DNA of 64,000 bases from contig NZ_CAXBBV010000009.1 of the NCBI RefSeq assembly GCF_963973945.1, forward strand, positions 53,108 to 117,107. Direction: 5' to 3'. This DNA comes from an uncultured Roseivirga sp. (GTDB taxonomy: Bacteria > Bacteroidota > Bacteroidia > Cytophagales > Cyclobacteriaceae). A model generated the notes under the pieces. It was not told where the DNA came from and did not search any database. It saw nothing but the letters and a program-made list of their open reading frames with translations. How positions within the stretch are numbered: position 1 is the first letter of the stretch; each line of letters starts with the position of its first letter. Both the position numbers and the translations under genes were made by a program. This document shows positions 8,264-18,352 of the stretch, in pieces.

Positions 8264-10255
8264 ATGAATAAACGCCTGCTTACCTTTCTCATGCTGGTCA
8301 CTACCACAATGGTTATGGCTCAGAATCCACTTCCGCTTAGGAAGTCGGTGGAGACTACGAAACGTGCCATTCGCACGGACGTACCACTTCCTAACCCAAT
8401 TATGAATGCTCTCGAAGCAAAAACGAGAGATTTTTCTGGAAAACCAGGGCCAAACTATTGGCAGCTGGAAACTGACTACACCATCAAAGCCAGTTTAAAC
8501 CCGCAAACTCAAACCATATGGGGAAGTGAAACGATTACGATTCAGAACAATAGCAATCAGCCGATGGATCAAATCGTACTGAGGCTAGACCATAATATTT
8601 TCAGAGCTGATGTACCGCGTGGTTCTTCGGTTCCTGCCGAAACTACTGAAGGAATGGTCATTACTCGTATGGTGGTAAATGGCGATGAAGTAGATTTAGG
8701 CGCAAGATTTAGCTTTAGAAGAAGGGGTGATGCTCCAAAGCTACAAGTCTATGGCTTACAACAAACGGTAGCGAGTATTGTATTGGCAGAGCCAATTCCT
8801 GCCAAGAGTACTGGCACTTTAGAAATTGATTGGAATACGAAATTGCCTGGTGGCGAAAATGGAAGAGGCCATAGAATGACGCAGCGTTGGGATTCTAATG
8901 TTTTTCAGCCTACACAGTGGTTTCCGCGTTTGGCCAAGTTTGATGATATGCGAGGCTGGGAAACCAATGTTTATTTAGGCCCTGCGGAGTTCTTCAATAA
9001 CTTTGGCCGTTTTGATGTGAGCATTGATGTACCTGCAGGTTGGATTGTAAGTGGAACAGGGGTTTTACAAAACCCTGAAGAGGTGCTTTCGGCCCAAACA
9101 AGAGAGCGTTTAACTAAAGTACTGGATTCTGATGCTGAGATAACCATTGTAGGCGAAAATGAAAGAGGTGCTGGAAAAGCAACTGCCGAAGGAGAAAACC
9201 TTGTATGGCGATTTGTAGCAGATAAGGTGAATGACTTTGCTTGGGCTGCTTCGCCAGACTTTATGTGGACAGCCACGAGGGCTACCATTCCTGAAAAAGG
9301 GCCGATTCCTATTCATATGGTATACCTGCCAGAAAGAGCAAGATTGTTTGCAAGAGCAGGGGAGATTACAAGACATGCATTGGAGTTTTACTCAGATCTT
9401 TGGGCACCTTATCCTTTCCCCCAAATGACGATGCAAGATGGTCCAAGTGCTGGAATGGAATACCCAATGGTGGTGAACTCTAACCAAGGAGCGGCCGATC
9501 ATGAAGTGGCGCACCAATGGTGGCCAATGATGGTAGGTACAAATGAGACTCGCTTTGGTTGGATGGATGAAGGTTTTAATACCTATATGAATATTCTTTC
9601 CGCTGCCGATAGCAGGGGTGAACCAGTTAATTTAAATGGAAGAGGGGCGAGTTACGGTCGTAGAAGTGGTAGTGATGATGAAGCAACCATGATGTGGCTT
9701 TCAAATTACGCTGGTGATGGTTATGGTTTTCAGACGTACAGTAAAGCGCCTTTAATGTTGTCTATGCTAGGCGGTATCGTAGGAGATGAGGCCGTGATTA
9801 ATGCCATGAAGAAATACACCAAAACTTGGGCTTTTAAGCACCCTTCTCCTTGGGATTATGTGTTTTTTATGAATAATGAATTGGGGCAAAACCTTGAGTG
9901 GTTTTGGTACTATTGGCTATGGACAACTGAGTCGGTTGATGGTTCAATTCAGAAAGTAAATACTGGGTCAACTACTAATGTTACGGTACACCAAGCTGGT
10001 CAAATGCCTTCACCAGTGGTGCTTAAGGTTGAATTTGAAACCAGTGGTCCAGCAATTAAGTCGATGAATAATGCCAAAATGATTGACGCCAATACAGCAA
10101 TTGTTACTTGGCCAGCCAACGTTTGGTTCAATGGCGATCGTACTTTTAATGCTGAACTTAAGTTTGGAGGAAGAAAGATTAAGAAAATTACCCTTGATCC
10201 TGACGGCAGATTCCCAGATAACAATCCTGCGGATAACGTTTGGGAGAATAAATAG
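8264..10255 (+). CDS. M1-family zinc metallopeptidase, secreted
   Basis: GMEYP, HEVAHQWW (HExxH) and downstream WMDEGFNTY. The start is moved from 8153 to ATG 8264 (MNKRLLTFLML...), which gives a signal peptide. Confidence 0.9.
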   Translation: MNKRLLTFLMLVTTTMVMAQNPLPLRKSVETTKRAIRTDVPLPNPIMNALEAKTRDFSGKPGPNYWQLETDYTIKASLNPQTQTIWGSETITIQNNSNQPMDQIVLRLDHNIFRADVPRGSSVPAETTEGMVITRMVVNGDEVDLGARFSFRRRGDAPKLQVYGLQQTVASIVLAEPIPAKSTGTLEIDWNTKLPGGENGRGHRMTQRWDSNVFQPTQWFPRLAKFDDMRGWETNVYLGPAEFFNNFGRFDVSIDVPAGWIVSGTGVLQNPEEVLSAQTRERLTKVLDSDAEITIVGENERGAGKATAEGENLVWRFVADKVNDFAWAASPDFMWTATRATIPEKGPIPIHMVYLPERARLFARAGEITRHALEFYSDLWAPYPFPQMTMQDGPSAGMEYPMVVNSNQGAADHEVAHQWWPMMVGTNETRFGWMDEGFNTYMNILSAADSRGEPVNLNGRGASYGRRSGSDDEATMMWLSNYAGDGYGFQTYSKAPLMLSMLGGIVGDEAVINAMKKYTKTWAFKHPSPWDYVFFMNNELGQNLEWFWYYWLWTTESVDGSIQKVNTGSTTNVTVHQAGQMPSPVVLKVEFETSGPAIKSMNNAKMIDANTAIVTWPANVWFNGDRTFNAELKFGGRKIKKITLDPDGRFPDNNPADNVWENK

Positions 10256-10292
10256 GGGATAGTATTTAGTGCTCCGTGCGCAGGAGACAGTA

Positions 10293-10325
10293 AAAAGGCT
10301 TGCTAATTGATTTAGCAAGCCTTTT
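10293..10325. terminator. Bidirectional intrinsic terminator
   Basis: AAAAGGCTTGCTAA-ttgat-TTAGCAAGCCTTTT, a perfect 14-bp stem between convergent genes. Confidence 0.8.
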
Positions 10326-10328
10326 CTC

Positions 10329-10361
10329 AGACCTGTCAGGTTTCAAAAACCTGACAGGTCT
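10329..10361. repeat. REP-type palindrome
   Basis: AGACCTGTCAGGTTT-CAA-AAACCTGACAGGTCT, a perfect 15-bp stem. I recognise it as a dispersed palindrome family seen in Bacteroidota. Confidence 0.7.
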
Positions 10362-10387
10362 TTTTGTTTCTATTATCTAGTTTACTG

Positions 10388-10505
10388 AAGTTCCAAGGCT
10401 TCAGAACTTGCAGCATGACTTAGCTTAGAAATATTTGCGAATAGTTTTGCTTGGGTAGCAAAGCCTGCTACGAAGTCATCCCTGTAGGCTCCGAGTCTTC
10501 AGAGT
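10388..10505. repeat. Degenerate GTCAT-tagged REP doublet
   Basis: Reverse copy GTCATGCTGCAAGTTCTGAAGCCTTGGAACTT (10419-10388) and forward copy GTCATCCCTGTAGGCTCCGAGTCTTCAGAG (from 10475). A relative lies at 38594-38623. Confidence 0.4.
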
Positions 10506-10568
10506 TTTAACGAAGTACAACTAGTAAGTTTGTTGTTGACTGTATTCCTAACATCTAAATTCCAACAT

Positions 10569-12206
10569 CTACCCCTTCCTTTCCACTTCTCTCAAGTTTT
10601 CCAGCTTCTTGTTGCGTAAGAACCCTGTAACATCTTCAAAGTGTTCTTTAATACGTTGATTTCCAAACTCGAATACCTTATTGGCAAGTCCATCTAAGAA
10701 ATCACGGTCGTGAGAAACAAGGATTAATGTGCCTTCAAATGCTTTAAGCGCATCTTTTAGAATGTCTTTGGTGCGAATGTCCAAGTGGTTGGTAGGCTCA
10801 TCCAGAATCAAAACGTTTACGGGCTGAAGCAGTAATTTAATCATGGCCAAACGGGTACGTTCACCGCCCGAAAGCACTTTTACTTTCTTTTCAATGGCAT
10901 CACCAGAGAACATGAAGGCTCCTAGAAGGTCTTTAATCTTTGTACGCACATCGCCATGCGCAATTTCATCTATGGTTTGAAAAACGGTAAGATTTTCGTC
11001 TAAGAGCGAAGCCTGATTTTGCGCGAAGTAACCAATCATGGAATTGTGTCCCATTTGTAAGCTGCCATCAAAATCAATTTCACCCATCATGGCTTTTACA
11101 AAAGTGGACTTTCCTTCACCGTTTTTACCAATAAAGGCCACTTTTTCGCCACGAGCGATGGTAAGTGACACATCTTTAAAGACGGTATGGTCGCCATACT
11201 TCTTGGTCAATCCATCTGCAATTACTGGGTAATTACCAGAACGAGGAGCAGGAGGGAACTTCAAGTTTAAAGCAGAAGAATCAACTTCATCTACTTCTAC
11301 AATTTCCATTTTCTCAAGCATTTTTACCCTAGACTGAACTTGCAGGGTTTTAGAATAAGTGCCTTTAAATCGATCTATAAACTGCTGAATATCTGCAATT
11401 TGTTTGGCTTGATCATCAAATTGCTTTTGCTGCTGTTCACGCCTTTCTTTACGCAGTTCTAAGTAATGCGTATAGTTGGTTTTATAATCGTAAATACGAC
11501 CACGGGTAATTTCTATGGTTCGGTTGGTAAGGTTATCTACAAAGGTTTTATCGTGGCTGATAACGATAACCGCCTTGGCACTTGTTTTCAAGAAATCTTC
11601 TAGCCATTGTACCGACTCGATATCTAAGTGGTTGGTTGGCTCATCGAGAAGAATAAGATCAGGCTTCTGTAAAAGGATTTTGGCCAACTCAATACGCATT
11701 CTCCAACCTCCACTAAATTCGCTTGTCGAACGGTTTAAATCGGAACGAACAAAGCCCAAGCCCATTAAGGTTTTTTCTACTTCAGCATCAAAATTGATTT
11801 CTTCAATGCTGTAGTATTTTTCGCTGAGTTCAGAAACTTGCTCTATAATTTTACTGTAAGCATCAGATTCGTAATCGGTACGCGTTTCCAGCTGATGAGT
11901 TAAATCATCCATTTGCTTTTTCATGTCCATGATTTTTGAAAAGGCCTTTGAAGCTTCTTCAAAAACAGTACACTCGTCTTTGGTCAATAGATGTTGTGGT
12001 AAGTAGGCTACAATCGCATCTTTAGGAGCCGAAATTTTTCCTTGGGTAGGTTTACTTTCTCCAGCAATAATTTTTAGCAAAGTGGATTTTCCTGCACCGT
12101 TCTTCCCCATCAGGGCAATACGGTCATTGTCGTTCACATTAAAAGTAACATTGCTAAATAGGGTGGTGCTACTAAACTCAACACCAACAGCATCTACTGA
12201 AATCAT
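10569..12206 (-). CDS. ABC-F family ATP-binding protein (ribosome-associated, no TM domain)
   Basis: Two ABC domains (GKNGAGKS, FSGGW, LLLDEPTNHLD; GKNGEGKS, LSGGE, LILDEPTNHLD) joined by a linker helix. Confidence 0.95.
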   Translation of the reverse strand: MISVDAVGVEFSSTTLFSNVTFNVNDNDRIALMGKNGAGKSTLLKIIAGESKPTQGKISAPKDAIVAYLPQHLLTKDECTVFEEASKAFSKIMDMKKQMDDLTHQLETRTDYESDAYSKIIEQVSELSEKYYSIEEINFDAEVEKTLMGLGFVRSDLNRSTSEFSGGWRMRIELAKILLQKPDLILLDEPTNHLDIESVQWLEDFLKTSAKAVIVISHDKTFVDNLTNRTIEITRGRIYDYKTNYTHYLELRKERREQQQKQFDDQAKQIADIQQFIDRFKGTYSKTLQVQSRVKMLEKMEIVEVDEVDSSALNLKFPPAPRSGNYPVIADGLTKKYGDHTVFKDVSLTIARGEKVAFIGKNGEGKSTFVKAMMGEIDFDGSLQMGHNSMIGYFAQNQASLLDENLTVFQTIDEIAHGDVRTKIKDLLGAFMFSGDAIEKKVKVLSGGERTRLAMIKLLLQPVNVLILDEPTNHLDIRTKDILKDALKAFEGTLILVSHDRDFLDGLANKVFEFGNQRIKEHFEDVTGFLRNKKLENLREVERKG

Positions 12207-12224
12207 AGGGGATCAATTTGGCCG

Positions 12225-12232
12225 CAAATATA
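12225..12232 (-). promoter_or_regulatory. Bacteroidota sigma-70 -7 element
   Basis: TATATTTG (TAnnTTTG) about 20 bp upstream of the ABC-F start. Confidence 0.55.
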
Positions 12233-12284
12233 TAGATTTCAGACTATCCACTCATGTTTTGTTGGTCAAATACGCAGCTATCTT

Positions 12285-13439
12285 TTATGTACCGGGAACG
12301 CAGGTATTTTTGATAAACTGGTTCTTCAACACGTAGGTCTTGTTGTAGTCTACAGAAAAGCGACTGGTGGTCATTTGGCAGTCAAAGCTTATTTCGTCAC
12401 CTTCAGAAATCAGGTTAAAATCAGTTTTGGGTAAGGCCGCGAAATTACAAGAAATGGGTCTTGAGAAGTCTTCTAAACGATTTACAATAATTGCATTTAC
12501 TTGACTTAGGGCATCTTTCATTAAGCTTTCAGAACTGAATTCTTTCTTTAAAACATCTTCAGAAATAAACTCTACATCGCGCCCCACTACTTTTCCATTA
12601 CGGCTAATACCTTCCGACTCTAAGCTAAATTCGTTTCTGAAAAAAGTATGTATAACTGCCAGTTTAACAAAGGTATCTTCATCCTCAAAACTCAAGTCTT
12701 GATAAGACTGCTTAAGTTGACTTTGATTAGGTGCTACCATAAATGAGTCGATTGGTAATTCGCGCTTATCGTACCAAATTTCGTGACGTTGATACTCATA
12801 AGCTTCGAGAATATTTCCGGCTGAACTTTTCTCACTCATACTTCTGGCGTACATATTCACTTCAGTGGCTACATAGTGAAAGCCATTTCGCTCTCTAAAG
12901 AAAGGGATTTTATAAGGCTCTTTAAGCTCCCATTTACCTTGGTATTTGTATGATGGATAGGAACAGTCGGAGGGTAGGTCATCCAAGGACATGAAAGGGT
13001 TTACATAGGAGGTTTCAAAACTCCATTTTAACATTCCATCCCGTGACTCCTTATTAGAAAGAGGGGTTGTTTTTGGGAGTGTACTTTGATAAGCGAAATA
13101 AACCGACAAAGCCACTAGTAATAAAAGGAGTGCATAAAGCACTGCGAATTTCCTTTTGTAATTGGGGTTCTGATCAGTGACTTGACCACTCTTTAATTGA
13201 GTAAGTTCTTTTTCTAGCCCTAAGAGTTTTAGAATTCTGTCGGTATTCTGGATGGCACGTACATATTCTCCTTCTGTTGCACTTGAGTTAATAAGTCTTG
13301 AAAATTGAGCATCACTATAGCCCAGCTTTCTGGATATTTCAGAATTGCTGGCTTTTTCAAACCGCTTTAAATCAGGGTCAAACGGACCGTGAAGCTTAGT
13401 TAGTTTTGTTACAAATTCCTGATACTTATCTATTGCCAT
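12285..13439 (-). CDS. Hypothetical membrane-anchored protein with an N-terminal HTH-like domain (candidate one-component regulator)
   Basis: SNSEISRKLGYSDAQFSRLINS is HTH-like. It is followed by a coiled coil, one hydrophobic helix (FAVLYALLLLLVALSVYFAY) and a ~260-aa soluble C-terminal domain. Confidence 0.6.
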   Translation of the reverse strand: MAIDKYQEFVTKLTKLHGPFDPDLKRFEKASNSEISRKLGYSDAQFSRLINSSATEGEYVRAIQNTDRILKLLGLEKELTQLKSGQVTDQNPNYKRKFAVLYALLLLLVALSVYFAYQSTLPKTTPLSNKESRDGMLKWSFETSYVNPFMSLDDLPSDCSYPSYKYQGKWELKEPYKIPFFRERNGFHYVATEVNMYARSMSEKSSAGNILEAYEYQRHEIWYDKRELPIDSFMVAPNQSQLKQSYQDLSFEDEDTFVKLAVIHTFFRNEFSLESEGISRNGKVVGRDVEFISEDVLKKEFSSESLMKDALSQVNAIIVNRLEDFSRPISCNFAALPKTDFNLISEGDEISFDCQMTTSRFSVDYNKTYVLKNQFIKNTCVPGT

Positions 13440-13461
13440 CCACTGCGTTTCTTAGATTAAC

Positions 13462-13491
13462 ATTCGTTGAAATCCGTTAAAATTCGATAAA
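13462..13491. promoter_or_regulatory. Triple 10-bp direct repeat (candidate operator)
   Basis: ATTCGTTGAA ATCCGTTAAA ATTCGATAAA, one helical turn apart, in the divergent regulator/susC intergenic region. Confidence 0.45.
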
Positions 13492-13644
13492 ATAGAATAT
13501 AATTCCTTAAATATCACAAATGCCAAATTTTCTTTTGTAAGATGCGATACGGTTGGTAGAGTTAACTGCTCTATTTTAACTAATCGTTGTCCTTCCTTTG
13601 TCTCAAAGGATGAAGTAAAATTTTTAAGAAACAAATAATTCTAT

Positions 13645-16600
13645 ATGATCAAGTTTTCTAAAATAGCAATCTTTTGCCTTTTGTGTATCATTAGTCAGCA
13701 TGGCTTTGCACAAATTAAGGTAACTGGAAAAATTGTTGATGATACCGGTCTATTTATGACTGGTGTATCAATATTGGAGCAAGGTACCGGAAACGGAACC
13801 GCTTCAGGTGCAGATGGTACTTATACTATTACTGTAAAGGATGCCAGTTCTATTCTACAGTATTCATTTTTAGGTTTTAAAACTGTCACTCAAACTGTAG
13901 GCAATCAAACCTCCATTAATATTACTATGGAAGAGGTGGTCTCTGAACTAGAAGGTGTAGTTGTAACCGCAATTGGTTTAAAAGAGAACAAGGACAATTT
14001 GGGCTATGCCAACACAACAGTTCAAGGAGGAGTAGTTTCTAAGGCAGGAGAGCCCACTTTGCTCAACGGGCTTTCAGGAAAAGTGTCTGGGGTTCGTATT
14101 TCCAAAACTTCTGGCGACCCGGGTGCTGGTTCATTTATTCAAATTAGAGGACTTTCGAGTATTACGCGCGATAGCCAACCTTTAATTGTTGTAGATGGTG
14201 TTCCTATTAGCAATGATAACAGAGGTGATGGTGGCACTGGGGGCGTAAGCAATGAATCGCGACTCAACGATATTAATCCTAATGATATTGAGAATATTTC
14301 TGTACTAAAAGGCGCTTCAGCTGCTGCGCTTTGGGGAACAAAGGCTTTGGGTGGTGTTATATTCATTACCACTAAAAAAGGCGACTTCAACAAAAAGCTG
14401 AGTATTACTTACCGAGCGAGCTATTCGCTTGATAAGATTAGTCAGAAATATCCTTTGCAGACCGCATATGGTCAAGGAGATAATGGTGTCTATAACCAAG
14501 CCGCTAGAGATTCATGGGGAGATAAGATTTCTGATCGCTCGGGAGGATTGGATGAGTTTAATACCTCAGGAAGCTTTTTTGTTGGGCAAGATGGGGTGAC
14601 TTACTACCCAATTGTTTCAAAAAATTCTAAAACGATTTACGATGACCAGAACTTTAATCAAGCCTTTCAGAATGGTCAGTTTATAGAAAATAACCTAAGC
14701 CTTACTGCTGGCAACGACAATAGCCGAATTTATTTCAGCTTAAGTGATTTAGACCAACAAGGCATAATTAGAAAAAATTCTGACTATCGTAGAACTACCG
14801 CGAGAGTAAATGCAGAGTACCTACTTTCTCCAAACGTAAGTATCACGGCTAATACAACTTATTCCAGAACCACTTCAAACAGGATTTTAAAAGGAGCTAG
14901 TTCTTCGGGCTTTTACCTTGGTTTGTTAAGAACACCAGCCGATTTCGATCAGTCGGGTTATAGAGGAGATTATTATGCGAGCAGTACTTCAGCTCCAATT
15001 TCTAACAGACATCGCTCATACAGAGAACCGTTAGGTGCCGATAACACCGCAGTTTACAATAACACCCTTTGGACTTTGAATGAGCAGGAGAATCAGGCGA
15101 ATACCGATCGCTTTATGACCAACTTCACTTTGTCTGCCGACCCATTTGATTGGTTGAACTTGAAGGCTCGTGTTGGATTAGACCATTATACTGAAAAGAA
15201 AGAAGAGTTTTTCACCCCGGGTTCAGCCGCTGGAGCTTACAGCACAGGTCTGTTTGGTACTAATATAGCCTCTAATACCATTTTCAACATGGATTATATT
15301 GCTACAGCTACCAAAACTTTTAATGAAAATTTTAACGGTTCATTATTAGTAGGGCTGAATTACAATGCCAAGAAATTAGAAACTAGCGGAAACGAAATTA
15401 CCAACTTCACTTTGTTTACAGATGTACAAAGTCCTGTAAGAGATATTGACAACGCATTCCCTGAAAATAGAATTTCGACCAGTACTTTTGGCCAAGAAAA
15501 AACAGCTGCTATTTATACTTCAGCTAACTTCTCGGCTTATGACATGCTTTATTTTAGCGGTTCATTAAGGGCAGAAAAGGCTTCAACTTTCGGTGATGTT
15601 TCAAATAAGCCATTTTACTTTCCATCAGCTTCATTGGCTTGGCAGTTTTCGCAGCTTGACGCTTTACAGAATGATTTGATGTCATTTGGTAAACTCCGTG
15701 TTTCTTATGGAGAAGTGGGAGTACAGCCAGCACGCTACAATACTTCAAACGTATTTGTTTCACCAACTTATGGCGATAGCTACGGTGGTGGTTTAGGACT
15801 TGGTTTTTACGGTAACGGAGGTTTTGTACCGAGTACTAACCGTGGAAATTTCAGCCTAAAACCAGAAAGAAAGAAGGAGACAGAAATAGGAATGGACCTT
15901 AGGTTTTTAAAAGACCGACTGTCATTTAGTGGTACATATTATACCAACACCACAAGCGATGTACTATTGAACTTCCCGATAGCAAACTCAAGAGGTTTCG
16001 ATGAAATCTATGCCAACGGGGCTGAGATCAGTAATAAAGGATTAGAATTAGACCTTGGCTATACCATTATCAAAAAGCAAGATTTTACTTGGCAGGCCAA
16101 TGTGATCTTCAGTAAGAATAAGAATAATGTAGAAAACCTAGCTGGAGTTCAATCTATTGAGTTGGGTGGTCTTGCGGCCGTAAACTCTAGAGCAGTAGAA
16201 GGTAAGCCAATAGGTATACTTTGGGGATCTAGAACTTTAAGAGATGCTGAGGGTAATATTGTATTTGATGATTATGGTTTCCCTGAACAAGATCAAACTG
16301 AAGGTATTATTGGTGACCCTAACCCAGATTGGCAAGGAAGTTTAGTTACGCAAGTTTCTTATAAGAACTGGTCACTTTCAGCGCTTTTCGAAACTTACCA
16401 AGGTGCCGATATATATGCAGGAACAAAATCTGTATTGGCGGATTTAGGCCGCTGGATAAGCACAGGCGATGAAGTAACAACCGACCAAAACTTGCTAGAT
16501 AGCCAAGGTAACCTTATTCCTATAGGAACAACTTTCAGAGGCAATATCTACGATTTTGGCGCGGGACCAGTAGCCTTAACAGAATCATGGTATAATGGTG

Positions 16601-16890
16601 ACGGTGGTTATTTCAGTGGTGGTAATGACGAACTCTATATCGAAGATGGTTCATGGACGAGGTTAAGAGAATTGACTTTGTCGTACCGCATCAAACCAGA
16701 TTGGTTGAGCAAAATGGGAATCAATTCAGCTTCTCTTTCAGCAACTGGTAGAAACCTCTTTATATGGACAGAATTTGAGGGTAACGATCCTGATACCAAT
16801 TTAACGGGTGTAGGTTCTGCAAGAGGTATTGATTACTTCAACAATCCAGGCACTAAATCTTATGTGTTTACGCTCACTGCTACATTTTAA
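13645..16890 (+). CDS. susC: SusC/RagA-family TonB-dependent outer membrane receptor
   Basis: Signal peptide, CarboxypepD_reg-like N-terminus, plug motif (IQIRGLSS...PLIVVDGVP...DINPNDIENISVLKGASAAALWG) and C-terminal aromatic (...TATF). Confidence 0.96.
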   Translation: MIKFSKIAIFCLLCIISQHGFAQIKVTGKIVDDTGLFMTGVSILEQGTGNGTASGADGTYTITVKDASSILQYSFLGFKTVTQTVGNQTSINITMEEVVSELEGVVVTAIGLKENKDNLGYANTTVQGGVVSKAGEPTLLNGLSGKVSGVRISKTSGDPGAGSFIQIRGLSSITRDSQPLIVVDGVPISNDNRGDGGTGGVSNESRLNDINPNDIENISVLKGASAAALWGTKALGGVIFITTKKGDFNKKLSITYRASYSLDKISQKYPLQTAYGQGDNGVYNQAARDSWGDKISDRSGGLDEFNTSGSFFVGQDGVTYYPIVSKNSKTIYDDQNFNQAFQNGQFIENNLSLTAGNDNSRIYFSLSDLDQQGIIRKNSDYRRTTARVNAEYLLSPNVSITANTTYSRTTSNRILKGASSSGFYLGLLRTPADFDQSGYRGDYYASSTSAPISNRHRSYREPLGADNTAVYNNTLWTLNEQENQANTDRFMTNFTLSADPFDWLNLKARVGLDHYTEKKEEFFTPGSAAGAYSTGLFGTNIASNTIFNMDYIATATKTFNENFNGSLLVGLNYNAKKLETSGNEITNFTLFTDVQSPVRDIDNAFPENRISTSTFGQEKTAAIYTSANFSAYDMLYFSGSLRAEKASTFGDVSNKPFYFPSASLAWQFSQLDALQNDLMSFGKLRVSYGEVGVQPARYNTSNVFVSPTYGDSYGGGLGLGFYGNGGFVPSTNRGNFSLKPERKKETEIGMDLRFLKDRLSFSGTYYTNTTSDVLLNFPIANSRGFDEIYANGAEISNKGLELDLGYTIIKKQDFTWQANVIFSKNKNNVENLAGVQSIELGGLAAVNSRAVEGKPIGILWGSRTLRDAEGNIVFDDYGFPEQDQTEGIIGDPNPDWQGSLVTQVSYKNWSLSALFETYQGADIYAGTKSVLADLGRWISTGDEVTTDQNLLDSQGNLIPIGTTFRGNIYDFGAGPVALTESWYNGDGGYFSGGNDELYIEDGSWTRLRELTLSYRIKPDWLSKMGINSASLSATGRNLFIWTEFEGNDPDTNLTGVGSARGIDYFNNPGTKSYVFTLTATF

Positions 16891-16910
16891 TTCTCATAAA
16901 GAAGAAAACG

Positions 16911-18329
16911 ATGAAAAAGATATACTACATAATTTTGGTTTCCCTTCTCATAGTCTCATGCGAAGACCTATTTGAAGGCGTCAATAATGACCCCAATAAC
17001 CCTATAAGTGCTCCTTATGATAAAATTTTAACAGGTGCCGAAGTGGGAAACATTATCCTACAGACGGGAGAAACTGCTAGAAGAGCAGGCATATTTGCTG
17101 GTTATTATACAGGAATAGACAGGCAGCACTTAGGCTTTAGCCAGTATACAGTAACTACAAGTGATTTTGATGCCATATGGGATGATGCATTTGTAAACAC
17201 CCTTCGAAACGCTAAAGTAGCAAAGCAAAGTGCGATTGATGCGGGTATTACTGGTGTAACCATTGGAATAACCCAAACTTTAGAAGCTATGGCATTTGGA
17301 ACAGCCACTTCTTTATATGGTGACATTCCTTTCGATGAAGCAATTTTTGAAATAGAAAATCCAGTATTCGAAGACCAAACCGCTGTGTATGGTAAAATTC
17401 AAAATTTATTAGATGAGGCCATTACAAACCTACAATTAGGAACAGGAAGACCACCAAGTGGGTCTGATATTTACCTTGATGGTGATCCACAAAAATGGAT
17501 TCAGGTAGCAAATACCCTCAAAGCTCGATATTACATGCATACGCGTGAATATCCTCAGGCTTATGCTGCTGCTCAAAACGGAATTAATGCCAGCGCCAAT
17601 GGTCTTTATGGTCCACATGGCTCAGGATTAGACGAGTCTAATTTGAGCTACCAGTTCTTTGGCGTCTATTCTCGCGCTGCCGATTTAATTGTTTCCGACT
17701 TCATGACCAGTTTAGTTGCTCCTACAGCTGGTACAAACCCAGATTTCGCCAACTACCGTGGTAATGCTAAGACAGATGAAACTGGCCGTTATGGTTATTA
17801 TTTTCAGGTGCAAGGTGTAGGAGTACAACCGAACACAGTAGATGGACTTGCTGCTCAAACCGCATCGGCCGCTTTGGCTACTTATGAAGAGAACTTGTTG
17901 ATTTTAGCTGAAGCAGGTTTCAGGTCTAGTGGCTTTAATACTGGTTTGCAACACCTCAATGAATTTAGGGCTTATATGGATGCGGGTGGTTATTTAACCA
18001 ATGCCAATGCAAGCAATGTTCAATATGATCAATACACGGCTCTTGATTTTGCTAACGGAGGTATTGAAAACCCTGACAATCAATCTGCTGACAATGCCTT
18101 GTTAAGGGAAATTTTGCAAGAAAGGTATGTAACATTGTTTGGTCAGATAGAAGGCTTTAATGATACAAGACGTACAGAGAATGAATCCATCGTAAGAGTA
18201 CCAGTAGAGCCAAATGTAGGAGCGCAGTTGCCTCAACGATTTATTTATCCGCAGTCAGAAATCGATAGAAACAGCAACATTCCAAACCCGATACCTAACT
18301 TCTTTTCACCTACTAAGGTGAATCAATAA
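16911..18329 (+). CDS. susD: SusD/RagB-family lipoprotein
   Basis: Lipobox LLIVS-C, NNDPNNP, LYGDIPF and C-terminal P.RFIYP..E...N, directly after susC. Confidence 0.93.
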   Translation: MKKIYYIILVSLLIVSCEDLFEGVNNDPNNPISAPYDKILTGAEVGNIILQTGETARRAGIFAGYYTGIDRQHLGFSQYTVTTSDFDAIWDDAFVNTLRNAKVAKQSAIDAGITGVTIGITQTLEAMAFGTATSLYGDIPFDEAIFEIENPVFEDQTAVYGKIQNLLDEAITNLQLGTGRPPSGSDIYLDGDPQKWIQVANTLKARYYMHTREYPQAYAAAQNGINASANGLYGPHGSGLDESNLSYQFFGVYSRAADLIVSDFMTSLVAPTAGTNPDFANYRGNAKTDETGRYGYYFQVQGVGVQPNTVDGLAAQTASAALATYEENLLILAEAGFRSSGFNTGLQHLNEFRAYMDAGGYLTNANASNVQYDQYTALDFANGGIENPDNQSADNALLREILQERYVTLFGQIEGFNDTRRTENESIVRVPVEPNVGAQLPQRFIYPQSEIDRNSNIPNPIPNFFSPTKVNQ

Positions 18330-18352
18330 CCGAACAAAAAAATCTTTCATAG

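Noticed and set aside
13452-13634. 60-aa minus-strand ORF in the regulator/susC gap
   Set aside because: It has no recognisable features, starts at a non-ATG codon and spans what looks like promoter DNA.
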